DNA of 64,000 nucleotides. It comes from Chloroflexus sp. (lineage in GTDB: Bacteria > Chloroflexota > Anaerolineae > Anaerolineales > Villigracilaceae). Of this stretch, positions 50,178 through 59,967 are shown piece by piece (the first letter of the stretch is position 1; every line of letters begins with the position of its first letter). Under the pieces are notes generated by a model that worked only from the letters and a program-made list of their open reading frames with translations, made no database searches and was not told where the DNA came from. The stretch is taken from positions 3,211-67,210 of the forward strand of contig DYHT01000005.1 in NCBI GenBank assembly GCA_020723995.1, in the 5' to 3' direction. The translations under genes and the position numbers were made by a program.

Positions 50178-50208
50178 GGATCCCGTTTTCTCCGAGAAAA
50201 CAGGTTCC
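50178..50208 (-). terminator. Hairpin between ssb and the DUF3467 gene
   Basis: GGATCCCGTTTTCT-CCG-AGAAAACAGGTTCC with two mismatches. No clear T-run follows. Confidence 0.4.
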
Positions 50209-50228
50209 TTTCTTAATCAACCTCGATT

Positions 50229-50651
50229 TTAAAAGGGGATGTCCGGCTCTTCTGTGGAGACAAAACCAGGACCCTCGTCGGTTGCTGGGGCTTCACCCTC
50301 ACCCCGCGAGGATAGGAAGCGTACGGTGCTGGCGCTGACCTCGAAGGAGGCGCGTGCGCTGCCATCCTGCCCGGTCCAGATGCGCGGCCCTCCGGTGGCC
50401 GCGTCAGCCGTCAGGCGGCCTTCGACCAGCACTTTGCTGCCTTTTTTGAGATATTGATTACAATTTTCGGCTTGTTTTCCCCAGGCAGAGACGCGCACCC
50501 AGATGGTTCTTTTTACGCGTTCGCCGTTATTGTTGGTGTAATCGTCATTGACAGCGATGGAAAAATTGGTGACGGCTTGGCCCGCGGGCGTATAACGCAT
50601 TTCTGGGTCGCGTCCGAGATTGCCGGCGAGAATTACGGTGTGGTAAGTCAT
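50229..50651 (-). CDS. ssb: Single-stranded DNA-binding protein
   Basis: It has an OB-fold N-terminus (ILAGNLGRDPEMRYTPAG), a Gly/acidic tail and a C-terminal DIPF. Confidence 0.93.
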   Translation of the reverse strand: MTYHTVILAGNLGRDPEMRYTPAGQAVTNFSIAVNDDYTNNNGERVKRTIWVRVSAWGKQAENCNQYLKKGSKVLVEGRLTADAATGGPRIWTGQDGSARASFEVSASTVRFLSSRGEGEAPATDEGPGFVSTEEPDIPF

Positions 50652-50801
50652 GTTTCCTCCAATCTGTTTGCTTGTATTGTTTTATCTCAATCGTGTTCAG
50701 AATCCGCCGCGTTGCGACGGGGATAATGTGACAGGTCAATTTTACACCATTCAAGGTGATATAGTGTGATACTTTCGCGACTACTACGTATAATACATTA
50801 G

Positions 50802-51344
50802 ATGGATGCACAGACTGGCGTTTTGAAGGGAGTTCATACACTCGTGCAAGAAGTGGACTGGGATGCCATTTACGCTGAGCAACTGCCGCGCGTTTACAAC
50901 TTCTTTCGCTACCGCCTCGGTGATTGGCCACTGGCCGAAGACTTGACCGCTGCCACCTTCGAAAAAGCCTGGCGCGGACGGCTGCGCTACCGCCGCGATA
51001 TAAGCAAATTCTCCACCTGGCTCTTTACCATCGCCCGCAACACGGCAACCGACCATTTCCGCCAGAATCACAACGAACTCTCGCTGGATGATGTGCGCTA
51101 TCAGCCTGCCCCGGCTCAGGTCGAAGAAACCGTCCAGCGTAGCCACGACTTAGCCCATCTTTCGACGCTTCTGGCACAATTATCCGCACGCGAGTGTGAA
51201 TTGCTTGCCTTCAAGTACGGTGCAGAACTGACCAACCGCGAGATTGCCCGCCTGACTCGCCTGAGCGAATCCAACGTGGGCACGATTTTGAACCGCAGCG
51301 TGGCAAAACTTCGCGCTGCGTGGGAGGTGGAAGATGAAGGATGA
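50802..51344 (+). CDS. ECF-type sigma-70 family factor
   Basis: It has region 2 (FFRYRL..AEDLTAATFEKAW..WLFTIARN) and region 4 (TNREIARLTRLSESNVGTILNR). Confidence 0.88.
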   Translation: MDAQTGVLKGVHTLVQEVDWDAIYAEQLPRVYNFFRYRLGDWPLAEDLTAATFEKAWRGRLRYRRDISKFSTWLFTIARNTATDHFRQNHNELSLDDVRYQPAPAQVEETVQRSHDLAHLSTLLAQLSARECELLAFKYGAELTNREIARLTRLSESNVGTILNRSVAKLRAAWEVEDEG

Positions 51345-52086
51345 TTTTCTGGCTCAATTCCGTGAGCAGCCGCGCCGCGATTTTGCCAATACATTGTACG
51401 GCCGTATCTCGCAACCGAAGCCTTCGCGGCTGGCCGGTAAATTGACTTTCCGCAACGCGGTGCTCGCCCTGATTGTACTGGTGCTCATCGTAGCCTGCGT
51501 GCGCGCGGTCACCGCGCCGCGCTGGGTGAAAATCGGGGATATCTGGGTAGATGTGCAACGTCATTACGAAAACGAATTTTTCGTTATTGGAAATGTAGGT
51601 TATTTACCATACTCTCACCAGGTTGAACAGCAGGCATATACTCTTTCCGATGTCGAAGAAACGGTGGACGCCAAGGTACCTGCATGGGCGCCTGACGATT
51701 TTAAATTTGATCGTGTTGTTTGGCTGGACGACCGGTCAGCTTCTCTAATTTGGAAAAATCAAAAGGATGATAGTATTCGATTGGTGATTGGCTCGCGGAA
51801 GTGGTTGGAGGTGGGTCTTTACGAGAGAATTGCCTCAGGAGCTACCTGGCCGGTAGCGCCGGGAAACTTCAAGGAAATTCAGGTCAATGGACGCCCGGCC
51901 GTGCTGGTGCGTGGTGATTGGGCACGGCCTGCCTCTGGCTTGGTCGAAGCCGATGAGCGCCTCGAATGGGATAAAAAAGCAGCCATCCAACTATACTGGG
52001 TGGAAGGCGAGTGGCTTTATCACTTGTTTGCTTCCCCCTCTATTGCCGCCGAAGACCTGACCCGCATGGCCGAGTCGGCAAAGTAA
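51334..52086 (+). CDS. Putative anti-sigma factor (single TM segment, DUF4367-like extracytoplasmic domain)
   Basis: It overlaps the sigma-factor gene by 11 nt. It has a TM segment (AVLALIVLVLIVACV). The C-terminal domain assignment is tentative. Confidence 0.55.
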   Translation: MKDDFLAQFREQPRRDFANTLYGRISQPKPSRLAGKLTFRNAVLALIVLVLIVACVRAVTAPRWVKIGDIWVDVQRHYENEFFVIGNVGYLPYSHQVEQQAYTLSDVEETVDAKVPAWAPDDFKFDRVVWLDDRSASLIWKNQKDDSIRLVIGSRKWLEVGLYERIASGATWPVAPGNFKEIQVNGRPAVLVRGDWARPASGLVEADERLEWDKKAAIQLYWVEGEWLYHLFASPSIAAEDLTRMAESAK

Positions 52087-52193
52087 ACCCGCAGCCTCCT
52101 CCCAAGTCATCTCATAGTGAAAACGCCCTCTCCTCCCGGAAAGGGCGTTCATCTTTCGCCTTAAACCTTTGAGCCCCTTTGTGTCCTTTGTGT

Positions 52194-53492
52194 TTAGTTC
52201 TTTTCCATCATCTCCCTCGCCGCCCGCCTGCCAATCTCCGCCGCGAAGTTCGTCCCCCGGTCCCACGGGTAGACCTGGCTCATCGAAGCAAAATACACCC
52301 CTTCCACGGGCGTCTGGATCGGCGGGATATTCTGCGAGTGCTGGCGCAGCGGCACCGGCTGGGCGTAAGCCGTGCGAAACAGCCAGGTCTTGCGCACCCA
52401 GTCCCGCTCGAATTTTGGGTTGAATTTTTTCAGCGCCGGCAGGAAACGCTCCAGCAGTTGCTCCTGGCTCAAGCGGAAGAACTCGTGCTCCGGCTCCAGG
52501 TAATCACCCACATACACAATGTGATTGCCGCCGAAGTGCTGCGGTGAGACGTAGTTGGTATGCTCCACCAGCGCCAGGAACGGGTAGCCGGCCGATTTCG
52601 GCAGGTTGTACCAGTAATAGCCATCCTCCGAGAGTTGGTGTTTGAGCGCCAGGGTCATCACCACCGCGCCCATGGACTTGAGATTGCGCAACCCGCGCAG
52701 GTATTCACCCGGCAAAGAGGGGACGAGGCGAGTCATCGCTTCGGGTGCGAGCGTGATCAGGACTTTGTCATACCGCTCAATGCGCTCACACTCGACACTC
52801 ACCGGACCCGTATCCTGCTCCCGCCAAATGCGCGTTACCGGTGTCTGAAGCCTGATCTCTACTCTCTGTTCTCTAAGTATCTCCGCGAAGCGGTCCGCAA
52901 AATTCTGGAATCCGCCCTCGAACGTCCCCAGGCGGGTGGTGCGCGCCTTGAGCCGCGCCCACATCCAGGCCATGTTGACCTGCTTGTAATACCGCTCGCC
53001 GAACTTGCCGATGACCAGCGGCTGCCACATCATCTCGTAGACTTTGTCCCCGGCCCACTTGCGCAGCCATTCGTCCACCGTATATTTTTCGAGAGCTTTC
53101 CAGTTATTCGTCAGGCGCAGGTACATGCCCACAAGTCCGAAACGGATTTTATGGATACCAAACCCCAGCCCGGGAAAGAGCAAGGCTTTCAAGATGGAAT
53201 CAAACGGGTAGAACTTCCCCGCGTGGTACATGACTGTGTACGGGCGCGGGAACAAGACTTTGTCTTCCCAGCCCAATTCTTTGATCAGAGCGAGCATGTG
53301 CTTATCGCTGGCGAACCAGTGGTGGTAGAACTTCTCCACCGACCAGTCCCAATTTGGCTCTTTGAAGCCCGAGGCCAGCCCGCCGACATAATCGGCGGAT
53401 TCATAGATTGTCACTTCGTGGCCGGCTTTACGCAGGTCATACGCGGCGGCCATGCCGCTGAAGCCTGCTCCGATAATTGCTATTTTTTTCAT
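52194..53492 (-). CDS. NAD(P)/FAD-dependent oxidoreductase (amine oxidase / phytoene desaturase family)
   Basis: It has the dinucleotide-binding N-terminus [29 protein letters not shown]. Confidence 0.8.
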   Translation of the reverse strand: MKKIAIIGAGFSGMAAAYDLRKAGHEVTIYESADYVGGLASGFKEPNWDWSVEKFYHHWFASDKHMLALIKELGWEDKVLFPRPYTVMYHAGKFYPFDSILKALLFPGLGFGIHKIRFGLVGMYLRLTNNWKALEKYTVDEWLRKWAGDKVYEMMWQPLVIGKFGERYYKQVNMAWMWARLKARTTRLGTFEGGFQNFADRFAEILREQRVEIRLQTPVTRIWREQDTGPVSVECERIERYDKVLITLAPEAMTRLVPSLPGEYLRGLRNLKSMGAVVMTLALKHQLSEDGYYWYNLPKSAGYPFLALVEHTNYVSPQHFGGNHIVYVGDYLEPEHEFFRLSQEQLLERFLPALKKFNPKFERDWVRKTWLFRTAYAQPVPLRQHSQNIPPIQTPVEGVYFASMSQVYPWDRGTNFAAEIGRRAAREMMEKN

Positions 53493-53666
53493 ATTGACTT
53501 CCGTTGTAAACCGGTGTATTATAGTATCAGTGATCGGGTGGCCCAGGGACCTGCCAGCACACCACTGGTGGCTGAACTGGGATGTACCCCCCGCGGGGAG
53601 CTACGAACCAGGTTCGTACAGAACGCGTCAGCGTTCCAACCCAACGGGGTCCCCGATCTCTTTGTT

Positions 53667-54113
53667 TTAAAACTCTCGGACGATTTCGCGAAAGCTTATC
53701 GTTTTATCCGGTCTTGTTGCACCGGTAAAGACCGATAAAGCCTTATCGTGAGCTTTCGACTTCTTTCCGATGTATTGAAAGCCAAAATTTGCTTCCGAAG
53801 CTGTGATACCTGCTCTTCTCAGCAGGTTCAAGAGGTGCTCTTTGATTTTGGCTTCGTGCCCTGGATATTCCACATCAATCGTGACATACGTGATATCGCG
53901 GGTATGCTCTTTGAGCAGCAAATAAAGTCCGATGATGAAGAGCTTCAGGTATAGCGTCGTACCCGCCTCACCCGTCTGACGGAGTTTGTGTAAGCATTTA
54001 CGCTTCACCGTTGCAGGGATCATGATAGCATAACTCTCTCCATCGGAAAAAGCCAGAACAGTAGGGACTCTGGTGTCACCGATCTTTCCGCTCTGATCCA
54101 CTTCAACTCGCAT
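53667..54113 (-). CDS. Hypothetical protein
   Basis: 148-aa ORF that overlaps the upstream gene by 11 nt. The region is AT-richer. No motif recognised. Confidence 0.5.
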   Translation of the reverse strand: MRVEVDQSGKIGDTRVPTVLAFSDGESYAIMIPATVKRKCLHKLRQTGEAGTTLYLKLFIIGLYLLLKEHTRDITYVTIDVEYPGHEAKIKEHLLNLLRRAGITASEANFGFQYIGKKSKAHDKALSVFTGATRPDKTISFREIVREF

Positions 54114-55152
54114 CTTCTTCCCCCAGCTCCTTCTTCAGCGAATCACTCCACTTGATGCCCTCGCGTGCCATGTAATACGCGCCCAGGGCTGTAATCGGCA
54201 GCCAGAGAGCGATATGCAGCACGAGCGTATATCCGGTGGCGATGGCCGTTTCCACGCCATAGGCCTCCAGCACGGCAATGCCCGGCTTGTCGAACGTGCC
54301 CACGTAGCCCGGCGCGGAGGGAAGGGTTGTCGCCAGGTTGACGATTCCGTTCATCAGCATCAGGGCAAAGAAACTGATCTCGAAATGGAAGGCATGCATG
54401 ATGAACCAGTATTTGCCGGTTTCCAGCAGCCAGATGATCGCTGAAGTGAAAAAAACCATCAAGGCATTCCACGGCGAGCGCAACGAAGCCAGGCCATCCA
54501 GGAATTTATTCATGATGCCGATGATGCGGGTATGCCACCGCTGCGGCGTCAGCCGCGCAACCAGCCAGAATCCGATGCGCGCCGCGCCGTGCGGGAACAT
54601 GGCCGCCAGCAGGAAAATCAGCAGCGCGCCGAAAAAAGCCGCCGCGCCCCAGATGGTCAGCGTCTGGATGTCGCCAACGAAGCCGGATGCGGCGTTGACT
54701 TTTGCCAGTTCCGGTAGATTAAGAAAAACAAAGGCCAGCATGACCACCCCGTCGAAGATGCGCTCGACGATTATGGTCGCCAGCGAGGCCGAGACCGGCA
54801 CGCCCTGGCGACGTTTGAGCACCACCGCCCGCAGCACTTCTCCGGCGCGCGCCGGGTAGATGTTATTGCCCATGTAGCCGATGCAGGTGATGGGAAACAT
54901 GGTGCGCGTCGGGATGGATTTGATCGGCTTGAGCAGGTAGTGCCAGCGCCAGGCGCGCACCCACACGCCGACGAAATACACGCCCACGCCGGGCAGGATC
55001 CACCAGTAGTTGGCGGTTTTGACTGCCATCCAGAATGGACCCCATTCCAGTTTGGATACAACCAGATACATAAAAAACAGGCTGATTGCCAGCCCGAGCC
55101 AGAATTGCCAGCGTTTCATGGGGGTGATTGTACCAGACCCTAACCCGGACAA
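54103..55152 (-). CDS. UPF0104 / lysylphosphatidylglycerol-synthase-TM-region-like (flippase-like) membrane protein
   Basis: Polytopic, with YMGNNIYPARAGEVLRAVVLKRR typical of the family. The start may instead be at 55119 (MKRWQFW). Confidence 0.7.
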   Translation of the reverse strand: MSGLGSGTITPMKRWQFWLGLAISLFFMYLVVSKLEWGPFWMAVKTANYWWILPGVGVYFVGVWVRAWRWHYLLKPIKSIPTRTMFPITCIGYMGNNIYPARAGEVLRAVVLKRRQGVPVSASLATIIVERIFDGVVMLAFVFLNLPELAKVNAASGFVGDIQTLTIWGAAAFFGALLIFLLAAMFPHGAARIGFWLVARLTPQRWHTRIIGIMNKFLDGLASLRSPWNALMVFFTSAIIWLLETGKYWFIMHAFHFEISFFALMLMNGIVNLATTLPSAPGYVGTFDKPGIAVLEAYGVETAIATGYTLVLHIALWLPITALGAYYMAREGIKWSDSLKKELGEEDAS

Positions 55153-55172
55153 GCCGGAACCAAAAAGGATTC

Positions 55173-55283
55173 AACCACAAAGTCCACGAAGTTGCACAAA
55201 GGAAGACCTAGAAAACCTTCGTGTTCCCTTCGGCTTCGATCAGGGCAAGCCTTCGTGCCCTTTGTGGTAAAAATTCTTGCACA
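55173..55283 (+). repeat. Inverted blocks of 8-10-nt repeats (CCACAAAG / CCACGAAG ... CCTTCGTG / CCTTTGTGG)
   Basis: Read directly. It is the same CACGAAG family as the elements at 24819 and 29147. Confidence 0.7.
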
Positions 55284-55289
55284 AAAAAC

Positions 55290-55440
55290 GTAACTATTCA
55301 GCCAGCGCTGAGTACACCGGTTTGTCACTCTGAGCGGAGCGAAGAGTCCCCTCCAGCGTGGGGGATGCTTCGTCGCACACCGTCCTGGCGGTCGGTGCCA
55401 GGGAAAAACGCTCCTCAGCATGACAGGCCTGAATAGTTAC
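55290..55440 (+). mobile_element. 151-bp MITE, copy 4
   Basis: It has one substitution relative to copy 2. There is no flanking direct repeat. A truncated gene abuts its right end. Confidence 0.85.
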
Positions 55441-55763
55441 AATTTCTGGTCAGCGGAATGTCCCTGGGCTGAACGCGTCGACCGAGAACTGCTTGGCCAT
55501 CTGAAGGATTGGGGTGAGGGCGGGTGGCCGCAGCCTCCCGGACCCGCGGCCTGCCCCTCGTTTTGCGCGGCCGGCCCGAGGTTCTGGACGCGGACGGCGT
55601 CCTGCGCTATCGCGGCGCGTTCGATGATGTCACCTTCCGCCAGCGCACACCGACGCGTTTCTATGTCAAAGAAGCTGTTGAGGCCCTATTGGCAGGCCAT
55701 TTGCCTGATCCGGCGGAGGCCCCGCCTTACGGCTGCACCGTTGTGGGATTTGTGCTAGAATAA
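55441..55763 (+). pseudogene. Decayed thioredoxin-fold (redoxin-like) gene
   Basis: NFWSAECPWAERVDRELL in one frame and DADGVLRYRGAFDD...PPYGCTV in another resemble the two ends of a thiol-disulfide oxidoreductase. The N-terminus is missing and the frame is broken. Confidence 0.45.
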
Positions 55764-55768
55764 CGTTT

Positions 55769-57460
55769 GTGACCCCGCTACCTGACCAGCGCCTCGCCTT
55801 TCTAAAGAAAATCCACCTCTTCCGCGGCCTGTCTGATGATGATATTACCGAAGTGGCCGGCCTGCTGGAGGAGGAGAGTTTTCCGCCGGAGAAAGTCATT
55901 CTGGAGGAGGGAAAAGCCGCGGATAAGTTTTACCTGATCTACAGCGGCAAGGTGGGCGTTGCCCGGAAGGGGGCAAGAGGCCAAGAGCCGTTGGCGATTT
56001 TTGTTGAGGGGGATTACTTCGGAGAGATGGGGGCGGCGCTGCGTGGGCCACGAACCGCAACAGTCACATCCCAGGCAGACACTCTCTTGCTGGTTCTTAA
56101 CCGCCAGGATTTCGAAAAGCTGATCAAGAAATCCCCTCGTTTTAAAGCCAATATAGAAATAGCCATAAGCAGTCGCCGGTTGAATCGCAGACTGCGTTTC
56201 AAGTGGTTTCGTCCCGATGAAGTTGTGTATTTCGTGGCGCGCAAACACACGGTTTTTCTGTTGGGCGCGTTGATGCTGCCGGCCTTGCTCGCGTGGCTGG
56301 CCCTGTTTGTGGCCCTGATCCCTTTGCCAGCAGAAACGAGGAGTTACGCGTTCCTGGGCAGTGGCAGTCTCTTGGTTTGGGCGGCGGCCTGGGGAATCTG
56401 GAATTGGCTGGACTGGAGCAACGATTATTACATTGTGACCAATCAGCGTATCGTCTGGCTGGAGAAGGTGTTCGCCATTTACGACAGCCGCATCGAGTCG
56501 CCCCTGAGCGCGATCCGCTATGAGCGCGTCGAAACAGACCAATTGGGCCGTATTATGAATTATGGCAATGTGATTGTCTATACATATATTGGACGGATCA
56601 TCTTCCAGCGTGTGAAACACCCGAACGAGGCCGCGGCTCTGGTATCAGAACAGCGCGAACGGGCGCGGACAGCCGCTCTACAGGCCGAAAAAGCTGCCAT
56701 ACGTGAGACCATTAACCAACACCTGTTCCGCAAAGATGAATCCCTTGCCGAGCCTGGAAAGCCGAAAACATCCGACGCTCCCGCGCCGCAGGAACCCAAA
56801 CGGTCATTGGGCGAGAGAATATTTGGCAATCTCTTTAAACTGCGTTTTGAGGCAAAAGACACTATCACCTACCGTAAACACTGGTTTGTGTTGGCGAAGC
56901 AAACCTGGAAGGCTTTCCTGTTCTTGCTGGCCTTGATTATTGCGTCAGCTGTCGGGCGCAAGTATTTGCCTGGTTTGATCTCCCCAAGTCAGAACTTCAT
57001 CAATCTTATCTGGATCTCAATGTTGGTCGGCGCGCTGGGGTGGTGGGTCTACCAGTTCCTTGACTGGCGTAATGACATCTTCCAGATCACGTCAGACCAA
57101 ATCCTAGATATTGACAAGACACCTCTGGGTCGGGAGACGCGTAAATCTTCACCATTGGAGAACATCCTGAGCATTGAATACCGGCGCATTGGCATCCTGG
57201 AGTTGCTTTTTAACTACGGCACCGTTTACATTTCGGTCGGGCCGGAAGTTAAGATAGATTTTGAGGATGTCCTCGACCCGGCCAGCGTTCAACAGGATAT
57301 TGACCGCCGCAGGTTGGCGAGCATTGCCAGGAAAGAAGAAGCCAAGGCTAAGGAGGAACGCGAACGCCTAGCTGGCTGGTTTGCAGCCTATCACGAAAGC
57401 ATAGCGGAAAGACAGCACCGTATGGGGGAAGGGTTCGCCGATTCGGACCAAAACGAGTAA
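55769..57460 (+). CDS. Cyclic-nucleotide-binding domain protein with membrane-embedded bacterial PH (YdbT-like) repeats
   Basis: The N-terminus is cNMP-binding (FRGLSDDDI..GDYFGEMGAALRGPRTATV). TM pairs follow, each with a PH-like segment. Confidence 0.75.
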   Translation: MTPLPDQRLAFLKKIHLFRGLSDDDITEVAGLLEEESFPPEKVILEEGKAADKFYLIYSGKVGVARKGARGQEPLAIFVEGDYFGEMGAALRGPRTATVTSQADTLLLVLNRQDFEKLIKKSPRFKANIEIAISSRRLNRRLRFKWFRPDEVVYFVARKHTVFLLGALMLPALLAWLALFVALIPLPAETRSYAFLGSGSLLVWAAAWGIWNWLDWSNDYYIVTNQRIVWLEKVFAIYDSRIESPLSAIRYERVETDQLGRIMNYGNVIVYTYIGRIIFQRVKHPNEAAALVSEQRERARTAALQAEKAAIRETINQHLFRKDESLAEPGKPKTSDAPAPQEPKRSLGERIFGNLFKLRFEAKDTITYRKHWFVLAKQTWKAFLFLLALIIASAVGRKYLPGLISPSQNFINLIWISMLVGALGWWVYQFLDWRNDIFQITSDQILDIDKTPLGRETRKSSPLENILSIEYRRIGILELLFNYGTVYISVGPEVKIDFEDVLDPASVQQDIDRRRLASIARKEEAKAKEERERLAGWFAAYHESIAERQHRMGEGFADSDQNE

Positions 57461-57470
57461 AATAGCCCCC

Positions 57471-57980
57471 ATGCCTGTACGCACTATTGTTACTTTACCC
57501 GACCCGGTCCTGCGGCGCAAAGCCAGGCCGGTCACCAGCTTCGACGGCAACCTGCAAACCCTGATTGACGATATGATCGAGACCATGCGCGCCGCTCCCG
57601 GCGTGGGCCTGGCCGCGTCGCAAGTGGGCGTCTCCGAGCGCGTCATCGTGGTCGAATATGGCGATGAAGAGGATGAAGAAGCCCCCAAGAAACTCTACGT
57701 GGTCATCAATCCTGAACTCAAGGTTACTTCCGATGAGACTGAGATCGGCGTGGAGGGCTGTCTCTCCGTGCCTGGGCTGCTGGGTGAGGTCGAACGCGCC
57801 TTGGCAGTGAAGGTCAAGGGCCAGAACCGGCACGGCCAACCGGTCAAGATCAAAGCCCAGGGCTGGTTGGCGCGCATCTTCCAGCACGAGATTGACCACC
57901 TGAACGGCGTCGTCTTTACCGACCGCGCCACGAAAGTCTGGAAGCCGGAGCCGGAAGAGCCACTGGTGGATAACGTTTAA
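57471..57980 (+). CDS. def: Peptide deformylase
   Basis: It has the motifs GVGLAASQVG, EGCLSVPG and QHEIDHLNG. Confidence 0.95.
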   Translation: MPVRTIVTLPDPVLRRKARPVTSFDGNLQTLIDDMIETMRAAPGVGLAASQVGVSERVIVVEYGDEEDEEAPKKLYVVINPELKVTSDETEIGVEGCLSVPGLLGEVERALAVKVKGQNRHGQPVKIKAQGWLARIFQHEIDHLNGVVFTDRATKVWKPEPEEPLVDNV

Positions 57981-58045
57981 CGTTCCAACGTTTGGATAAT
58001 GTTTAAGATGATTGTCCGGTAGTTCAACTGCCGGACAACAGAAAT

Positions 58046-59245
58046 ATGTATCTAACGCACCTCTCCCTGACCAACTTCCGTAATTTCACCCGCCTGGATA
58101 TGGACATCCCCCGGCGGGTTGTTTTGCTGGTCGGGAGCAACGCCACGGGCAAGACCAGCCTGCTCGAAGCGGTCTATTTCCTGGCGGCGTTTACCTCCTT
58201 CCAAACCCATGTAGACCGGCAACTGGTCAACTTCATCGAAGCCAAAAAGCCGTTGGCGGTTGGTCGGCTGGTAGCCGAGTACCGGCGCGGGCCAAGCGCG
58301 CACCGGCTCGAAGTACGTTTGATCCTCGAACCAACTGGCGTAAACGGTCAAAGGCTGCGCAAGGAAATCATTTTGGATGGAAATAAGCGTCCACTCTCAG
58401 ATGTCATCGGCCATTTCAACGCAGTCGTTTTCGTCCCGCAGATGACGCAAATTGTCGAGTCTGGACCGGAGGAGCGCCGCCGTTACCTGAACCTGGCCCT
58501 GGCTCAGACGATCCCCTCTTATGCGCAGACTCTGAACGAGTATACCCAGGCGCTGACCCAACGCAATGCCCTACTCAAGCTGCTCAACGAGCGCGGCGGC
58601 GACCAGTCGCAACTGGCTTTCTGGGATGAAACCATTACCCGCAGTGGAGCGTCCATTATCCTGGCGCGCATTAGCGCAGTGCAGGAGATCGAGAAACTGG
58701 CCGCGCGCGTACATCAAACATTGACCCGCCGGCAGGAGGTCTTGCGGCTGAACTACCTGCCGGCCTATGATCCCCTGCCGCGCCCGCCAAGGCAGATTGC
58801 CATGCCGCTCAACACAGCGGTTGACAGGAGCATGTTGACCCTGGAAGAGATCCGGCAGGGTTTTCTCCGGCGGCTGGGACAGGTGCGCAGCGAAGAGATC
58901 GCCCGCGGCGTGACCACACTCGGCCCGCACCGCGATGAGTTGCGCTTCCTGGCCAACGGCATTGACCTGAGCGATTACGGCTCGCGCGGCCAGGTGCGCA
59001 CGACCCTGCTGGCGCTCAAACTGGCTGAGATCGAGTGGATGAAAGCCAGGACCGGCCAGTGGCCGGTGCTGCTGCTGGATGAAGTGCTGGCTGAATTGGA
59101 TACCCAGCGCCGCGCCGATTTGCTGGCCTATCTGGAGAATATCGAGCAGGCGCTGTTCACCACGACGGATTTGAAGTTGTTCACGCCGGAATTCGTTGAA
59201 CGAGCGACAAAGTGGGAAGTGCACGCAGGCGAGGTTCGCCACTAA
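58046..59245 (+). CDS. recF: DNA replication and repair protein RecF
   Basis: It starts MYLTHLSLTNFRNF and has a Walker A motif (GSNATGKTSLLEA), an SMC-like signature and a Walker B motif (LLLDEVLAELD). Confidence 0.93.
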   Translation: MYLTHLSLTNFRNFTRLDMDIPRRVVLLVGSNATGKTSLLEAVYFLAAFTSFQTHVDRQLVNFIEAKKPLAVGRLVAEYRRGPSAHRLEVRLILEPTGVNGQRLRKEIILDGNKRPLSDVIGHFNAVVFVPQMTQIVESGPEERRRYLNLALAQTIPSYAQTLNEYTQALTQRNALLKLLNERGGDQSQLAFWDETITRSGASIILARISAVQEIEKLAARVHQTLTRRQEVLRLNYLPAYDPLPRPPRQIAMPLNTAVDRSMLTLEEIRQGFLRRLGQVRSEEIARGVTTLGPHRDELRFLANGIDLSDYGSRGQVRTTLLALKLAEIEWMKARTGQWPVLLLDEVLAELDTQRRADLLAYLENIEQALFTTTDLKLFTPEFVERATKWEVHAGEVRH

Positions 59246-59952
59246 AGAGGCTTCTTCGCTGGTATCCCCGACTTGCGCGGATACTGCTCCGGCGTGGCGG
59301 CGACTTTATCAATCACCACCAGATAACGTTCCTCCGCCACACCTGGCAGCGTGAGGGGGATCAATTGCCGCATCTGCCCGCCAAGCATCTTCAGCGCTGT
59401 TTCCGATTTATGTACTTCCGCCGGGCCGCTGACCCCTTTCTGCGCCAGCATGTGACCGTTGACCTGTAACAGAGGGAGGAGATATTCTGCCAGCACTGGC
59501 AAATCAGCTACCGCGCGGGCCACGGCCCAATCGTACTGCTCGCGGTGCGCGGCTATTTGCCCGACCTCCTCGGCGCGCGCCGTGAGCACTTCCACGTTCT
59601 CCATTTTCATCTCATCCGCGATATGGCGGCAGAACTTGGCCTTCTTGCCGACCGATTCGACCAGCGTCAGGCGCATGGCGGGATACAGGATTTTCAACGG
59701 CAGGCCGGGGAATCCCGCGCCAGTGCCGACATCTATCAGGCGCACCGGGGGATTTCCTTTCCAGGCCAGCACACAGGAGAAAGAGTCCAGGAAGTGCTTG
59801 GTGCGGATGCCTTCCGCATCCCGGATCGCAGTCAGGTTGAATTTCTGGTTCCAGTCCAATAGCTCGCGCTCATAATTAATTAAAGCCACCACCTGCCCTC
59901 CAGTCAGTTGGATGCCAAAAAGAGTTAGCGCGTCGTAGATCAGTTTTTCCAT
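59242..59952 (-). CDS. rsmG: 16S rRNA (guanine527-N7)-methyltransferase
   Basis: It has the GidB-family pattern (NLTAIRD...HFLDS...DVGTGAGFPGLPLKI). Confidence 0.9.
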   Translation of the reverse strand: MEKLIYDALTLFGIQLTGGQVVALINYERELLDWNQKFNLTAIRDAEGIRTKHFLDSFSCVLAWKGNPPVRLIDVGTGAGFPGLPLKILYPAMRLTLVESVGKKAKFCRHIADEMKMENVEVLTARAEEVGQIAAHREQYDWAVARAVADLPVLAEYLLPLLQVNGHMLAQKGVSGPAEVHKSETALKMLGGQMRQLIPLTLPGVAEERYLVVIDKVAATPEQYPRKSGIPAKKPL

Positions 59953-59967
59953 ACGGACAAAATTATA

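Noticed and set aside
53540-53660. An SRP (4.5S) RNA or other known small RNA.
   Set aside because: AGGTCC is present on the minus strand, but the conserved GGAAGGAAGCAGCC-type domain IV motif and the matching 3' strand are absent. It is kept only as a palindrome-cluster observation.
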